Shown here in pieces: positions 12,312 through 28,753 of a stretch of DNA of 64,000 nt. The notes under the pieces are model-generated. The model saw nothing but the letters and a program-made list of their open reading frames with translations, ran no database searches and had not been told where the DNA came from. How positions within the stretch are numbered: the first letter of the stretch is position 1; every line of letters begins with the position of its first letter. This DNA comes from the human T2T-CHM13v2.0 reference genome, Homo sapiens: NCBI RefSeq assembly GCF_009914755.1, contig NC_060944.1; one strand, written 5' to 3'. A program made the position numbers and the translations under genes.

Positions 12312-13140
12312 CCTTGAGATTCTGGTGCACTGAGTCCTGAGGATCCCTGGAGGAATCTGTGTGGCGGCTGCGGGGCCAGTGGAGCTGTAACAGTGGCAGT
12401 CGCTGCAGAAGACTGCACTATTCATCAAGGGTCTGGGCAGAGGAGCAGTGGTCAAGCTGGAGTGGTCTGGTGTGCGGCGTGGCTTGGTGCAGGTTAGTTA
12501 GACCTGATGCAGGGGCCTTCCCTTGGTGATGAGGTCTTCATTTTTATGTGCCCTAAAACAAGGGCCCAGGACCCTCCAGGCAGCCTCTCAGCTAGTGTGT
12601 CAAGGATAAAATGAAGAGTGATGTAGAAGTATTTTGATGAGGAGACATCTTCAAACCTGAGGACTTGTCCTTTTCTCAGCCTGGAGTCTCCCTGGCAGGG
12701 GAAGGAGTGTGTGTGGGTCTCCTCTGTGCCATGAAGCCAAGGCAATGCCAGTCCCCAAATTGTGGTCACATGAGGCCTCTCCTGCCTCCCAGGTCAGGGA
12801 GTGGGACTCACCGTTCATCTATTAAGGAACTTTAGTATCTGGCCATGTGCTTTATGAACAGGTCACTCCATCTGAGCTTGCAGGGAGTTCTAATTTCTGG
12901 GCTCTTCCCTAAGGAGCTGGCTCCTAGGCTGAGGGTATAGGCCCTCAGACCCCAGTCCTTCCCCTATGCCACCAGCTCAGTCTCTAGTCTGGAAGGCTTA
13001 GGGGTATAGGGGTGTACCCCTTTCCTATTTCTATGAGCTGTTCTTGGGGATGGAGGGAAGCAGGACATATCCATATCCTCCAGTTCTCAAAGGCAGCTTG
13101 TGCTTCCATAAAGGAATTTTGGACTCTCAATACATGGATT

Positions 13141-13545
13141 TTATTTTTATTATTTTTTTAAGAGACAATGTGACAGCAAGAATCAATGTTGCTTTAACAA
13201 CCCACATACTCAATTATTTGACTACCTCTCTCTGACTTGATCATCTGTTTTGGAACATTGTAAACCACTCCTGGAGTCTTGCTTTGTCACCCAGGCTAGA
13301 GTGCAGTGGCATGATCATAGTTCACTGTAACCTCAAACTCCTGGGCTCAAGTGATCCTCCTGCCTCAGCCTCCTGAGTAGCTGGGACTATAGGGGTATGC
13401 CACCATGCCTGCTAATTTATTTTTTTATTTTTTGTAGAGACACGGGGTCTCACTGTGTTGCCCAGGCTGCTCTCGAACTCCTGGCCTCAAGCAATCCTCC
13501 TATCTTGGCCTCCCAGAGTAGTGGTGTGAGCACGGTATCTGGCCA
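13141..13545 (-). mobile_element. AluJ interrupted by a 107-bp non-Alu insert
   Basis: T-rich tail + AGAGAC, then insert 13166-13272, then GGAGTCTTGCTTTGTCACCCAGG Alu body. Confidence 0.85.
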
Positions 13546-14102
13546 ACAAATGAATTTTGAGTAGGGACCCCCCTGCTTCTTTTTCATCATCAGAGCCCAC
13601 TTTTCTTGGTGACTGGTTAAGAGATGAGGATGAGATGGGAAAGAGAGGCACTGGCCCTTTAAAGGGGAAGCCAAGGTTTGTAGCAAAGTGCAAATTGCAT
13701 GCAAATGGATCCGCAAAAGAGACTTGGGACCCAGGGACAGCTGGCTTGGATGAACCAAAGGGTTTTTGTGCCAGTTTGCCCAGCCCTGAGTCATGGTTCC
13801 CTGCTGGATGTGAGAAGAGGCACTACAGCTCCAGAATTTCTATAAAGGAGGCTCTGGGATTGGGGGTGAGGCACAATCTGGCTGGGAAGGTGAGAGGCTG
13901 TGGAAAGTCACCCAACTGCCTGGGAGCCACGCACTTTTTACTAACTGTATGTTTTCAGCGGATGGCTTTGACTCTCAACTTCCTCTCTAATCTGTCAATG
14001 TGACAGCAAGAACCAATGTCACTTTAACAACCCCCATGCTCAATTATTTGACTACCTCTCTCTGACTTGATCATCTGTTTTGGAATTTTGTAAACCACTC
14101 CT
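13166..14102 (+). repeat. 107-bp direct repeat pair (13166-13272 / 13996-14102)
   Basis: Ungapped alignment by eye, 7 mismatches in 107, offset 830. Confidence 0.95.
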
Positions 14103-14169
14103 CCCTTCTTGCCCCTTTACCACCTGAGTTCAACTGTTCTTTTTATGCCTGATGGAATTTGACATTCTT

Positions 14170-14600
14170 TCCATGTACTTGCCTGGTCCTATTGTCCCAA
14201 CGACCAATGCAGACCTCCTCCTGGAGCTCCAGGCTGAAGTAGCCCGGTGTCTCCTAAACAACTCCTGTGGTTGTCTCCCAGGGACAGCAAGCTGAGCAGA
14301 TCTGAAATGGAACTCATTCATGGTCCTCCAACACTCAGTTCTCTGCAACCAGTATCCGCCATTACAATAAAATGGTGACCCCATCCAACCAGTGGACAAG
14401 CCAGAAGGCTGAGGTCAGCTTGGACACCTCCCTTACCCTCATGGACCTCATGCAATCTATCTCTAAGACGAGTCCTCTTGTCTCAAAGCTCTTGTCTGAC
14501 ACCTTGACTACTTCAGTGGCCCGTAACTGGTCTCCCTGCTCCCTCTCTTACTATCCTCCCAGCCCTCCATCCTCATCTCCTCCAGTCCGCATTCAGAAGT
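14170..14600 (+). mobile_element. L2 LINE fragment
   Basis: GACCTCCTCCTGGAGCTCCAG...CAATAAAATGGTGACCCCATCCAACCAG..CAAGCCAGAA, L2-like. Confidence 0.55.
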
Positions 14601-16175
14601 CACGTGTCTCTATTCTGATGCAATTGTCTATCTGTATGACACTGGAAAACTTGCTGCCTTAGTTCTCTATTGGTCAAAGTTGGTCTGCAGACTTGCCAAA
14701 GACCAGAACAGATGAGTTTCTGGGGTGTCATGACCCCAGGGCACCAGCTGTGTTCTGGATAGAGAGAATCCCACAGTGGGGTAGGGAGGCCCCTAGGGTC
14801 CAGGAACTGCAGTGTAAGCGGTCGCAGCAGTTCTGCTCCCCCTTGGAGTCTTCAGCTTCCAGGTCTTTGCAGCCTGCCTGAGACTTCCTGCCATCAAGAA
14901 GGAAGAAGTGTCTGCAACCCACAGCCAAAACTTATGTCTGTTCTGATTCCTTTCCCCTTCTCCCCACATACCAAAATAGGCTTACTCCTTTCTCAATCCA
15001 GAACTTCAAACCCAACCCAGTCTTCAAACCCAACCGAGGCTGTCACCGCTGTGAATGTTCATGTATTGATTTAAAAAAAAACTTTAAATTTTGAAATTGT
15101 TAGAAATTCACAGAATTGCAAAGATAGTACAGAGAGGACCCATGAACCCCTCACCCTGTTTCCTTCAAAGATTACATCTTAATTAACTATAATATAACAC
15201 CCAAACTGGGAAGTGACATTGATACAATGTGTGTATAGTTCTATGTTATTTTATCACTTGTGCAGGTTTGTGTAACCACCACCCTGCCAAGATCCAGAAC
15301 TGTTCCATCACCATCAAGATCTCTCTCTTGCAACTCCTTCAGTCTCACCCTCCTCTCTCCCCACCATCCCTAAGCACTGGTAACCACTAATGCGTTCTCC
15401 ATAGTTTTGTCATTTTGAGAATGTTATATAAATCGAAGCATACAGTATGTGACCTTTCGTGATTTTCTTTTCCCCACTCAGATTCGTGCCCTTGAGATCC
15501 ATCCAGGTTGATGCATGTGTCAATAGTTTAATTTTGGGTGGTAATCTCTGGTGTAAATATACCACAGTTTGTTCAATCATTCACTTATTGTAAAACATTT
15601 TGGTTGTTTCCATTCTGGTACTTGTGTGGCCATAGCCCTATTTCTCTGGGATAAATGCCCACAAGTGCATTGCTGGGCTGTATGGTCACTTTATGTTTAG
15701 TTTTTAAAGAAACTGCTCAACCATTATCCGGAGTGGCTCTATCATTTTATATTTTCACTAGTAATGGGTGAGAGATTCAGTTCCTTCACATCCTCTCAAG
15801 TATTCGATATGTTCACTATTTTTAATTTTTAGCTCTTCTAATAGGTGTGTAGGGATATATCATCATGGTCTTAATTTGCATTTTCCTAAAGACTAATGAT
15901 GTCGAGGATCTTTTCATGTGCTTATTTGCCATTGTATAGCCTCTTCGATAAAATATCTCCTCATATCTCTTGCCTATTTTCTAATTAGATTATTTGTTTT
16001 TTTTTTTAACTGTTGAGTTTCGAGAGTCTTTCTATATTCTGATACACATCCTTTGTCAGATACGTGGTCTGCAAATATTTTTTCCTAGGTGTAGCTTGTG
16101 TTTTTATCTTCTTAAGAGGGCCTTTTGTAGAGAAAAGTTTATTCATTTTGATGAATTCCAATTTATTGATTTCGA

Positions 16176-16601
16176 TGTTGTGGGGACAAGAGAGGCTTTA
16201 TTTTAAATGCTAATCCAGTGACTAACCACAAGTCCGGGAATGCCTCCAACATGTCTAGCTGATGTATTACTCTTTATGTGGAAACACCTAATGATTGTAA
16301 GTTTCCTCCAAAACAGCTCTTGATGCTGTTGCAGAAGTCAGAGGCTGTGACACTCATAGCCAACTACACATTCCTTTCAGAGCACGTATACTTTTCCCCC
16401 AAGATGTAAGCCCCCTGTCTGGGGAGGTATGGTGTAGAGATCTACCTGTCTTGTGGTGGCCCAAGACCAGACTTCTGTCTATAAGTTGCCCCTAATAAGC
16501 CACCTTATACTGACAAATGGGATTTGCCTGCCTCCTTCTTTGGTTTCTTGGCTTCTTTGGCATTTGAGGACTGCTTTGCATGTGCGGCCCTTTCATGGAA
16601 C
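16176..16601 (+). mobile_element. ERV1 solo LTR (MER34/MER39-like) inserted in L1
   Basis: TG...CA ends (TGTTGTGG...GGCCCTTTCATGGAACA); GAGATCTACCTGTCTTG motif. Confidence 0.7.
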
Positions 16602-16670
16602 AGGTGTCATGTATAAGAACTCTTCACTAAGCCCTAGGTCCTGATGATTTTTTCCTATGTTTTCTTCTAA

Positions 16671-17002
<332 letters not shown>

Positions 17003-18639
17003 CAGATATAATTCTTCTTTAGCCTATTGATATGATGAGTTACAGTGATTTATTTTTAATACTGAACAAGCCATTAATACCTGGAATAAGCCTGATCTGG
17101 TTATAATCTCTCTCTCTAATGTTTATTAATTATACATAATGTGTATATGTGTGTATTTTAGTATATTGCTGAATTCTATTAGTTAATATTTTGTTAAGGA
17201 CATTTTCATCTGTATTCATTGGGGATATTGGACTATGGTTTTCTTTTTTGTACTTTGCCTTGTTTTGGTATTAGAGTAATATTGGCTACATAAAATGAAT
17301 TAGGAAACATGCTTTCTTCTTCTATTTTCTGGAAGAGATTGTGTAGAACTGGTGTTAATTTTTCTTTAAACATTTGGTATAATTCGCCAGTGAAATCATC
17401 AGGGTTGAAGATTTCTTCTTTCATTTTAATAGTCTTAAAAATTTGAATTCAATTTTCCTTAGAGTGAAAGGGCTACTCAAATTATTCACTTCATATTGGG
17501 CAAATTGTGCTTGTTTGCGGTTGTTGAGGAATTTGTCAATTTCATTGAAGTTGTTAAATGTATGTGTGTAGCGTTGGTAGTATTATCTTATTCTTTTTTT
17601 AATGTCTTTGGGGTGTTCAGTGATAACAACAGATACCTGTTTCTTTCCTGAAATTCGTAACTTGTGTTTTCTTTCTTTTTTCTTTTGTCAGTCTTGCTAG
17701 AGGTTTGTCCATCTTATTGATCTTGTCAAGGAATCAACTTTTTGTTTTATTGCTTTTCTATATTGTTTTCTGTTTTTACTTTCATTGATTTCTGCTCTTA
17801 TTATTTCCTGATTTCTGCTGAATTTGGGTTTATTTTGCTCTTCTTTTTCTAGTTTCTTGAGATGGGAGATTAGATTATTGATTTGAGTTTTTTCCTCATT
17901 TCTAATGTAAACATTTAGTTTCACAAATTCCCCCTTAACACTGTTTTAAATGTGTCCCACACATTTTGGTACGTCGTATTTTCATTTTCATTTAGTTCAC
18001 TGTATTTTTTTTAATTTCCCATGAGCCTCCTCTTTAACCCAAGGATTAAAGTGTATTGTTTTATTTCCAAGTGTTTGGAGATTTTCCTGTTACCTTTCTG
18101 TTATTTGTTCCATGTGGTCAGAAAACACAGTATGATTCAATTCTTCTACATTTGTTGAGGTGTATTTTATGGTCCAGGATATGGCCTATCTTGATATATG
18201 TTCCCTGGGTGCTTGAAAAGAATGTGGTTTCTGCTATTTTTGGGTGGAGTGTTCTATAAATGTCAGCTGGATTCTGTTGTTTGATGGTATTGTTGGTGTC
18301 TTCTATATCTTTGCTGATTTTCTGTCTGGTTGCTCTATCAATTGCTGAGAGAAAAATGAATTCTCCAACTACAATAATGCATTTGTCTATTTCTCTTTTC
18401 AATTTGATCAAGTTTGGCTTCACATATGTTGCAGCTCTGTTGTTTTGTGCATACACATTTAGGATTGCTATGCCTTCTTGGTGGATTGACCATTTTATCA
18501 TTGTAGAATGGCCTTGGTAATTTTCTTTGCTCTGAAGTCGCTTTGTCTGACATCAATATAGCCACTCTCGCTTTCTTTTGATTTATGTTTGTGGTGTAAA
18601 ACTGATCTTTTTAATTTTTAAATTTAAATTTAAATTTTT

Positions 18640-18790
18640 ATTTAGAGACAGGGTCTCACTCTGTCACCCAAGCTAGAGTGCAGTGGCACAATCATAGCTC
18701 CCTGCAGCATCAAACTCCTGGGCTCAAGTGATCCTCCTGCCTCAGCCTCCCAAATGGCCGGGATTACAGGTGTGAGCCACCACGCCTAGC
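18640..18790 (-). mobile_element. Monomeric Alu (FLAM/FRAM-like or deleted AluJ)
   Basis: Short Alu homology. Confidence 0.8.
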
Positions 18791-19385
18791 CATCTTTTAA
18801 CTTTCAATTTACCTATATTGTTACATTTGAAATGAGTTCTGTGTAGATAGCATATAGTTGGGTCATGTTTTAAATCCTCTCTGTCAATCTCTGTATTTTA
18901 ATTGGTATGCTTGGGTAAATTTATATTTAATGGAATTATTTATATGTTAGGAATTAAGTCAGCCATTAAATTTTTAAGTTTTCTATTGTTCTCTTTGTTT
19001 TTTCTTTCCTGCCTTTCTACGGGACACTTGAATGTTTTCATTCATTTTGATTTATCGATAGTGTTTGTGAGTGTATATCTCTTGTATACCCTTTTCAGTA
19101 GTTGTTCTAGATATATAGCTATTTATATTTATATCTGTCTATTCAAATATCTATCTATATTCGTATCTCTGTCTCTGTATGTATTCGATTGTGGTCAGAG
19201 AACACACTCTATGTGATTTCAAATCTTTCAAGTCACACTATCTATGAGTATTAACATTTAACTAGTTCAAGTGAAGTGTAAAACCTACCTTCCTAACATC
19301 GCATTACTTTCTTCCATTTCTAATATAATTGTCTTAAATATTTATATTTGTTGAGAACCACATCATACGGTGTTATAATTTTTGC

Positions 19386-21134
<1,749 letters not shown>

Positions 21135-21576
21135 TCAAGATTTTTTTTTTTTTTTTGGCTTTAGTTTTTAGAAGTTTGGCCAAGATATGTTTTGATTTGA
21201 ACTTCTTGGTGTTTATTCTGTTTGAGTTTCACTTAGCTTCCTGAATCTGTCGGTTCATGTCTTTTGTCAAATTTGGGACATTTTTAGCCATTATTTCTTC
21301 AAATACTTTTTCAAATGTAGATCCTTTCACCTCTCCACCTGGGTCTCTAGTGACACAAATGTTAGATCTTTTGTTACAGCCTCACAAGTCTCTTGGGTTC
21401 TGTTCATTTTTTTCTCTACTATTTTCTCTCTGTTGCTTGGATTGGGTAATCTTATTGTTCTATTTTCAAGTTCACTAATTCTTTATGCTGTCATCTCTAT
21501 TTTGCTGTTCAATCCATCCATTGAATTTTAAAATTTGTTGATGTATATTTTGGTTCTAAAATTTCCATTTAGTTCT

Positions 21577-21875
21577 TTTTTTTTTTTTTGAGAAGGAGTC
21601 TTGGTCTGTCGCCCAGGCTGGAGTGCAGTGGCGCAAACATCTCGGCTCACTGCAAGCTCCACCTCCTGGGTTTAAGGGATTCTCCTGTCTCAGCCTCTTG
21701 AGTACCTGGGATTAGAGGCAGGCACCCCCACGCCTGGCTAATTTTTGTATTTTTAGTAGAGATGGGGTTTCCACCATGTTGGCCAGGCTGGTCTTGAGCC
21801 CCTGACCTCAAATGATCCACCCGTCTCAGCCTCCCAAAGTGTTGGGATTACAGGCATGAGCCACTGTGCCTGGCC
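21577..21875 (-). mobile_element. AluS
   Basis: Full dimer; flanking TCCATTT(A/G)GTTCTTTT duplication. Confidence 0.9.
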
Positions 21876-22520
21876 TCCATTTGGTTCTTTTTTATGTCTC
21901 CTGTTTCTTTGCTGAGACCCACGACTTTCTGTTCCTTTGCTGAGACTTTCTATTTTTGTGTGTTTTTTTCAAGGGTTTGTAGTTGCTCATTGAAGCATTT
22001 TCATGATGGCTGTTTTGAAATTCTTGTCAGATAATTCTAATATCCACGTCACCTAGGCACTGGTGTCTGTTGATTATTTTTCCTAATTCAATTTGAGGTT
22101 TTCTTGGTTCTTGGTTTGATGAGTCATTTTCAACGGAAACCTCAACATTTTGAGTTTCTGTTGTGAGACCTTGGAGCTTCTTTAAATCTGATTTAGCAGA
22201 GGCCTCCTCTGACTTGCTCTAGGGAAAGGGGCTGCTACTTTGTTCCTGTCAGGTGAGGTGAAGGTCCAGGTTCCCCACTCTGCCTCTGTTGACAGTCAGG
22301 GTCAGGGAAGGAGCGCCTCATCACTGTTGGGCAGTGGGTAGGGTTCAGGCTTCCTACTAGGTCTCCATCGACAACACCCTGGCTGGGAGGGGCAGAGTTC
22401 CCTTGTCACTGCTTCACATGTGACCTCCACTGATACTGTGGGGAAGCAGGATAGCCTTGTTACCGTTTGGCAGTTGCGAAAGTCCTGAGTCTCCACCAGG
22501 CTTCCTCTGAGACCACTGGA

Positions 22521-22636
22521 GAGGGGGCGGGGGAAAGGAGGAGGGCGGGGGAGAGGAGGGGGGCGGGGGAGAGGAGGGGGGCGGGGGAGAGGAGGGGGGC
22601 GGGGGAGAGGAGGGGGGCGGGGGAAAGGAGGAGGGG
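22521..22636 (+). repeat. 18-bp G-rich minisatellite (GAGGGGGGCGGGGGAGAG)x~6
   Basis: Direct reading; gives the PPPSS ORF repeat on the minus strand. Confidence 0.95.
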
Positions 22637-23339
22637 TGCTCCGTTACCACCAGCTGGGAGTGAAAGTCCAGGCTTCCCATGTGGTCTCCACTGACACCCC
22701 TGGGAAGGGAGACCTCATTGCTGCCCAGCGGGATAAAAGTCCTGGCTTCCCACCCAGCTTTTTCTGACACTAGCCTGGCCAGGGGGAAGGAGATTGAAAC
22801 CTCATGATAGCCTGAAGCCGTGAAGTCCAGCCTGAGCCTAGCCATGAAGCCGAGGCTCCCCACTCAGCCTTTGATGGTGCGGGTGGGGGTGGGGTCTTAC
22901 ATTTTTTCCTATGGTATTTGGCTGGCATAGAACGATCATTGTCTAAAAGTTTTCTGTTTTGCTAGGCCACTCCATCTTGGTCCTTTGGCAAGCAGAGCAG
23001 GATTTTCTTGGGCTTTTGTGGGGCATCTATTCCCATTGTTGTTTCCAGAATGCTGGCTTCTTTGCACACTGTCTGGGATATATGAGCCAAAAAGATAAAA
23101 CCAGAGAACTCATTGCTGTGTCATTCCCTAGGCCTCAAAGTCCCTAGCTGGTTTGCCTTCTTCTCTCTGCTTTCAGATGCTTGTTTTATAGGCAGTATCT
23201 AGGGTTTTTAGCCATATTTACTGGAAAGAATAGGAAAAAACACATCTACTCCATATTTCTGAGAGTTGAGGTGTCATAGGTTGATTTAACCATGCCACTG
23301 ATGCCTTTAGCTCTATCTGCCATGCAGCAGGTATCTTCT

Positions 23340-24060
23340 AGGTCCTTCATGGGGACCAGGCACTAGTTGAGGCCAAAGAGGAGACAAAGACTGACTCTGA
23401 CTTCAGGAGCTCACAGTTTTGCGGGAACACAGGACTTTGCCCCAGGTAAGCTTGGATAGTGAAGAATAAGATGCTATAGAGGAAGGAATTACTTGAATGG
23501 CCTGGTTGGGGAGAGCTTCCTGGGAGGGTGAAAGTGGAGATAGAGTATTTTGGTAAATTTTAGAGAGGAGCTGCAGGAAGTACAGGTGCCAGGAGAGGAG
23601 CAGAGGTCCAGAGGGGTAAGTAGGGATGGCAGGAGGCAGCAGGGAGAGAGCTTGCCTGGTTGGGCCCTCAGGTGAAGCGAATGAGCCTGAAGGACACCAT
23701 GCACAGGGGCTTGACAGTAGTATCTTCAGAACAGGAATCTGGGGATCAACTGTGACATGGCAATTGTGTGGGTGAGCAAAGATGGTGGCCTGGCCAGTGC
23801 AGTGGCTATGGGGTGGAGAGGAGAGAACAGGATCAAGAGGCATTTAGAAGGTAGAACTGATGGGTGTCTGGATTGATCTGGGGAAGAAAGAGAGAGGAAT
23901 TAGATATGAGGCTGAGATTTCCAGCTGAGGTCTCTGGGGAAGAATGGTGCCATAAACACGCAGAGAGAGAAGACAGAGAGGGGAACCAATCTTTGGAATA
24001 AGAGGATGAGATTTTGGCCACTGGTACCCAGAGGCCCTTCTTCAGAGAATGATGCAATGA
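23340..24060 (-). mobile_element. L2 fragments
   Basis: CAGGAGCTCACAGT..; GCTTCCTGGGAGGGTG; TTTAGAAGGTAGAACTGA.. reverse L2 motifs. Confidence 0.5.
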
Positions 24061-24859
24061 GACCGAGGTGAATATTTTCTCTGAGCACTGAAGTTTCAGA
24101 TCAAATAAGCAACAGATTTCTGCTCTGTGAAAGCCCTGTAGTCAAAAGGCAGTACATTGCAAATTTCAAAGAATAAGGCACTATCCTCTACTTTTGAGAG
24201 AAAGAAATGGAAGTCACACGCCAAAAAGTTGAAGTCTCTCCTAGACTCAGATGTCCTCAGTCTTCATCACTCTCTCTGGGTCTGATGGTCAGGAGGCCTA
24301 ATGCTCAAGCTGTAAGGCGAGGCTCCTTAGAACCACTTGAGTCACCTGTCCAAAGCTGAATTGCATGATGGCTTCATTCAGAGCCACCCAAATCATTCTG
24401 GCCAATCACGGGCAACTGTGGATGGTTCAATGGCACCTTCCTTTCAGAGAATAGAAGTCCCAGGAGGGCAGGGGTCTTTGTCTGATTTGTTCACTGAAGA
24501 ATCCCAGGTGTCTAATAGGCTGCTGGTATATAGTAGATGCTAAATAAATACTGGTTAAATAAATGAAGGATTGCAATGGGTTTGGGGGAAGTCTGAGGCC
24601 AGGGTTAGGGGTCACACCAAGGTCAGGTTTTTAAAGTATAGGATCCCATTTTTGGTACTGAAACGTGGTTGGGGTATTTAGGGGTCTGCCTATTGGGACA
24701 AAGGTTTCTTGGAGGACATCGCACACCTCTCAACCTGAGGACTCCTTATGGGCTCAGGGGAGCAGCTACTGGCTGAGATTTTTAAAGCAGGGTCTCAGTC
24801 AGTGAAAGCCTGGCTTGCTTTCCCTGAAGAGAGCTATGCGCGTGCCTGGCCATGGGGCT

Positions 24860-24882
24860 CACAGCTGCCCCCTGGTGGTCAG
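24860..24882 (-). promoter_or_regulatory. CTCF binding motif
   Basis: GCTGCCCCCTGGTGG 24864-24878 (reverse complement TGACCACCAGGGGGCAGCTG), near-consensus CTCF core in CpG-retaining, non-repetitive-looking DNA. Confidence 0.7.
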
Positions 24883-25269
24883 CCACAGCCCCCTGCCAAC
24901 CCTTGGGCGTGGTATTTTTCCAGCCTTAAGTCAGGCAGCAACGGCACATCCTAACGCAGGGTCCGTCTGGTTCCCGGGCCCCAGGTGGCGAGGGAACAGG
25001 AATGAGGGCTCTCCGGCACTCTCCGCTTTGCCCTTGGCCTCCTTTTTTCATCAGGGAAGACTCAGGGGAGGGCCTGCGCTGTGCCTCTCTTCAGCATCTG
25101 TGAAGATTCTGCCAGCTCCCCAGCCCCGTGCTCTCCGAGGGCATTTTTGTGCACGCAGGGCAGATTCCGGATTCCAAGAACATCAGTCATGGAATGACCT
25201 CTCTCCGGCCCCTTGGTGTGACCTCACTGTCTTGCCTCCTCCACCTGCACGTTCTTTGCCAGCCTGTAG

Positions 25270-25638
<369 letters not shown>

Positions 25639-26248
25639 GAGTGCCTCTGACTCTCACAAGGGCTCGTGTCTTCAGTTCCAGGCAGGCCCTGGAAGGGCAT
25701 GGGGCAACATCTGGGGCGCCCCCACGGCTGCCTCTCTCTCCCCCCACGGCCCTGTGCCCCTCAGCAAAGCTTCTTCAGAACAGCTCTTTGGACAGCAGCT
25801 CTCAGGGCATCTGTAGCTGGTGCCAGCCTACACCCCCCATGCAGCTATCATGGACAGCGAGGGCATAGGCTCTGGCCATAGGACCCCACAACCAGCACCA
25901 CCATGTTCTGAGTTAATGGTGGGAATTTATCTCCCAGCATGATCTGACATGGTCTGACAGCAAGCCCATGACATTCTGCCTCCATGGTGTGGACACCTGA
26001 GGCAGATGGGTTGTATGTGGGTGGGGAGATAGCCCCTTTCATCGCAGGCAGGAGGAACATGCTTAGGGTACTACGCTGTAGGGTCAGGTCTTTATGCTTC
26101 TCATCATGCAGAGCAGGCTTAGGGGCTGTGTCTGCAGCCCCTCCCTGATTCCCAGGGATGAAGAGATGGGGCAGGCTCTCCGCAGCTCTGGGGAAGTTTT
26201 ATTCCCTCTTCTCCCCCTCTCTCTGCACTTCCTTCCCTCTCTTGTGTT

Positions 26249-26618
26249 CCATCTTAGTCCATTTCTGCTGCTATAACTGAATACCACAGACTGGGTAAGT
26301 TATAAAGAAAATAATGTATTTGGCTCACGGTTCTGGAAGCTGGCAAGGCCAAGAGCATGACGCTGGTGTCTGACTGATGAAGACTTCATGCTGCTTTATC
26401 CCATGGTGGAAGATATCACATGGTGAGGAAGCACATGTGTGAGACAGAAAGAAAACTGGCCAAACTCATCCTTTTATCAGGAAACCACTCCTGGGATAAC
26501 TAACCCATTTGACTGATAACGGCATTCACCAACCTTTTAAAGGCCCCACCTCTCAACCCTGCTACAATGGGAGTTAAATTCCAACATGAGTTTTGGAGGG
26601 GACATTCAAACCATAGCA
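26249..26618 (-). mobile_element. MST (MaLR) LTR
   Basis: TCTTAGTCCATTTCTGCTGCTATAAC...GGACATTCAAACCATAGCA. Confidence 0.85.
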
Positions 26619-26652
26619 TGTCCCCACCTGATCCATGCGCATTCTTTGTAGA

Positions 26653-26990
26653 CCAGTGGTCCCCAAACTTTTTGGCACCAGGGATTGGTTTTGAGGAAGA
26701 CAATTTTTCCTCAGACGGGGTAGGGGGGAGGGGATGGTTTTGGGATGAAACTGTTCGACTTCAGATCATCAGGCATTAATCAGATTCTCATAAGGAGCGT
26801 GCAACCTAGATCCCTCACATGCGCAGTTTGCAATAGGGTTCGTGCTTCTATGAGAACCTAATGCTGCTGCTGATCTGACAGGAGGCGGAGCTCAGGCGGT
26901 AATGCTCACTCACTTGCAGCTCACATCCTGCTGTGTGGCCCAGTTTCTATCAGGCCATGGATCAGTACTGCGGGAGCTGGAGACCCCTGC
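26653..26990. mobile_element. MER1B-like hAT-Charlie element
   Basis: CAG.GGTCCCCAAACTTTTTGGCACCAGGGA...GGAGACCCCTG. Confidence 0.85.
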
Positions 26991-27053
26991 TGCAGAGGAT
27001 CTGACTCTTTTTGGCCCTGGGAGGGAGTGGTTCACAAAAGAAAAAGAAAATTA

Positions 27054-27968
<915 letters not shown>

Positions 27969-28753
27969 GTTTCTGTCTTCACCAGGCCTAGATGTGTCTT
28001 GCCTGCCGAGGAAAGATGTATAGTTAAGATGTGACAATTATCTGTCAGTTGGTGGAGTTTCACCCACTTAGTTGGCCTTCTTACTGTATTTTGAGATATC
28101 TTTATTTACAGGAGGCAAAATAGAGGTCCTGGGTCAGTCCTCAGCCCTCCACCCCCAGCCTTTATGCCTAGGAGACTTTGAGTTGATGGGGAAAGATGGT
28201 TTCTGCCCTTGGGGGACCCACACAGGGTCCTTAGTATAGAGCCTGGCGCTCCACAGGGACCCGGTATTGAATATGGGATGGAGAGGAGCAAAGAGATCCT
28301 GCCAGGGAGGTTGTAGGAAGATCAATGGGTCACAGAAGCTACAGAAGGGCACACAGTAAGGCCGTGAGAGTGGGTAAAAAGGAGTGTGGGAGCTCTCACC
28401 TGCTCTGTGCTGGGATGTGGGTACTGGTCTCCTGGGAGTGAGCAGTTGGGCCCTCACCCAGTTGGAGGGCCCAACCACAACCACGGCAAATCCCAAAGGC
28501 CAGGAACAGGGACTAATGTGGGGTCCAGGGATAAAAGCAGATTTCTGAGATACAGAAAGCCCAGGGTCTGGCCTAAGGGGCAGCTGATATGCCCAAGAGC
28601 AAGTTCAAGGGCAGAGCAAGTTCGAGTGTACTGCAGACAGCCTTGGGACAGGGACATCCAATTTCATGGGCCAAGGAGAACAGTGGAAAGTCCAGGTAGT
28701 CAGGAGCCCTTGAAAGTCTAGAGGGTGGTGGGCTTGGTTGGGATGTGGATGGA

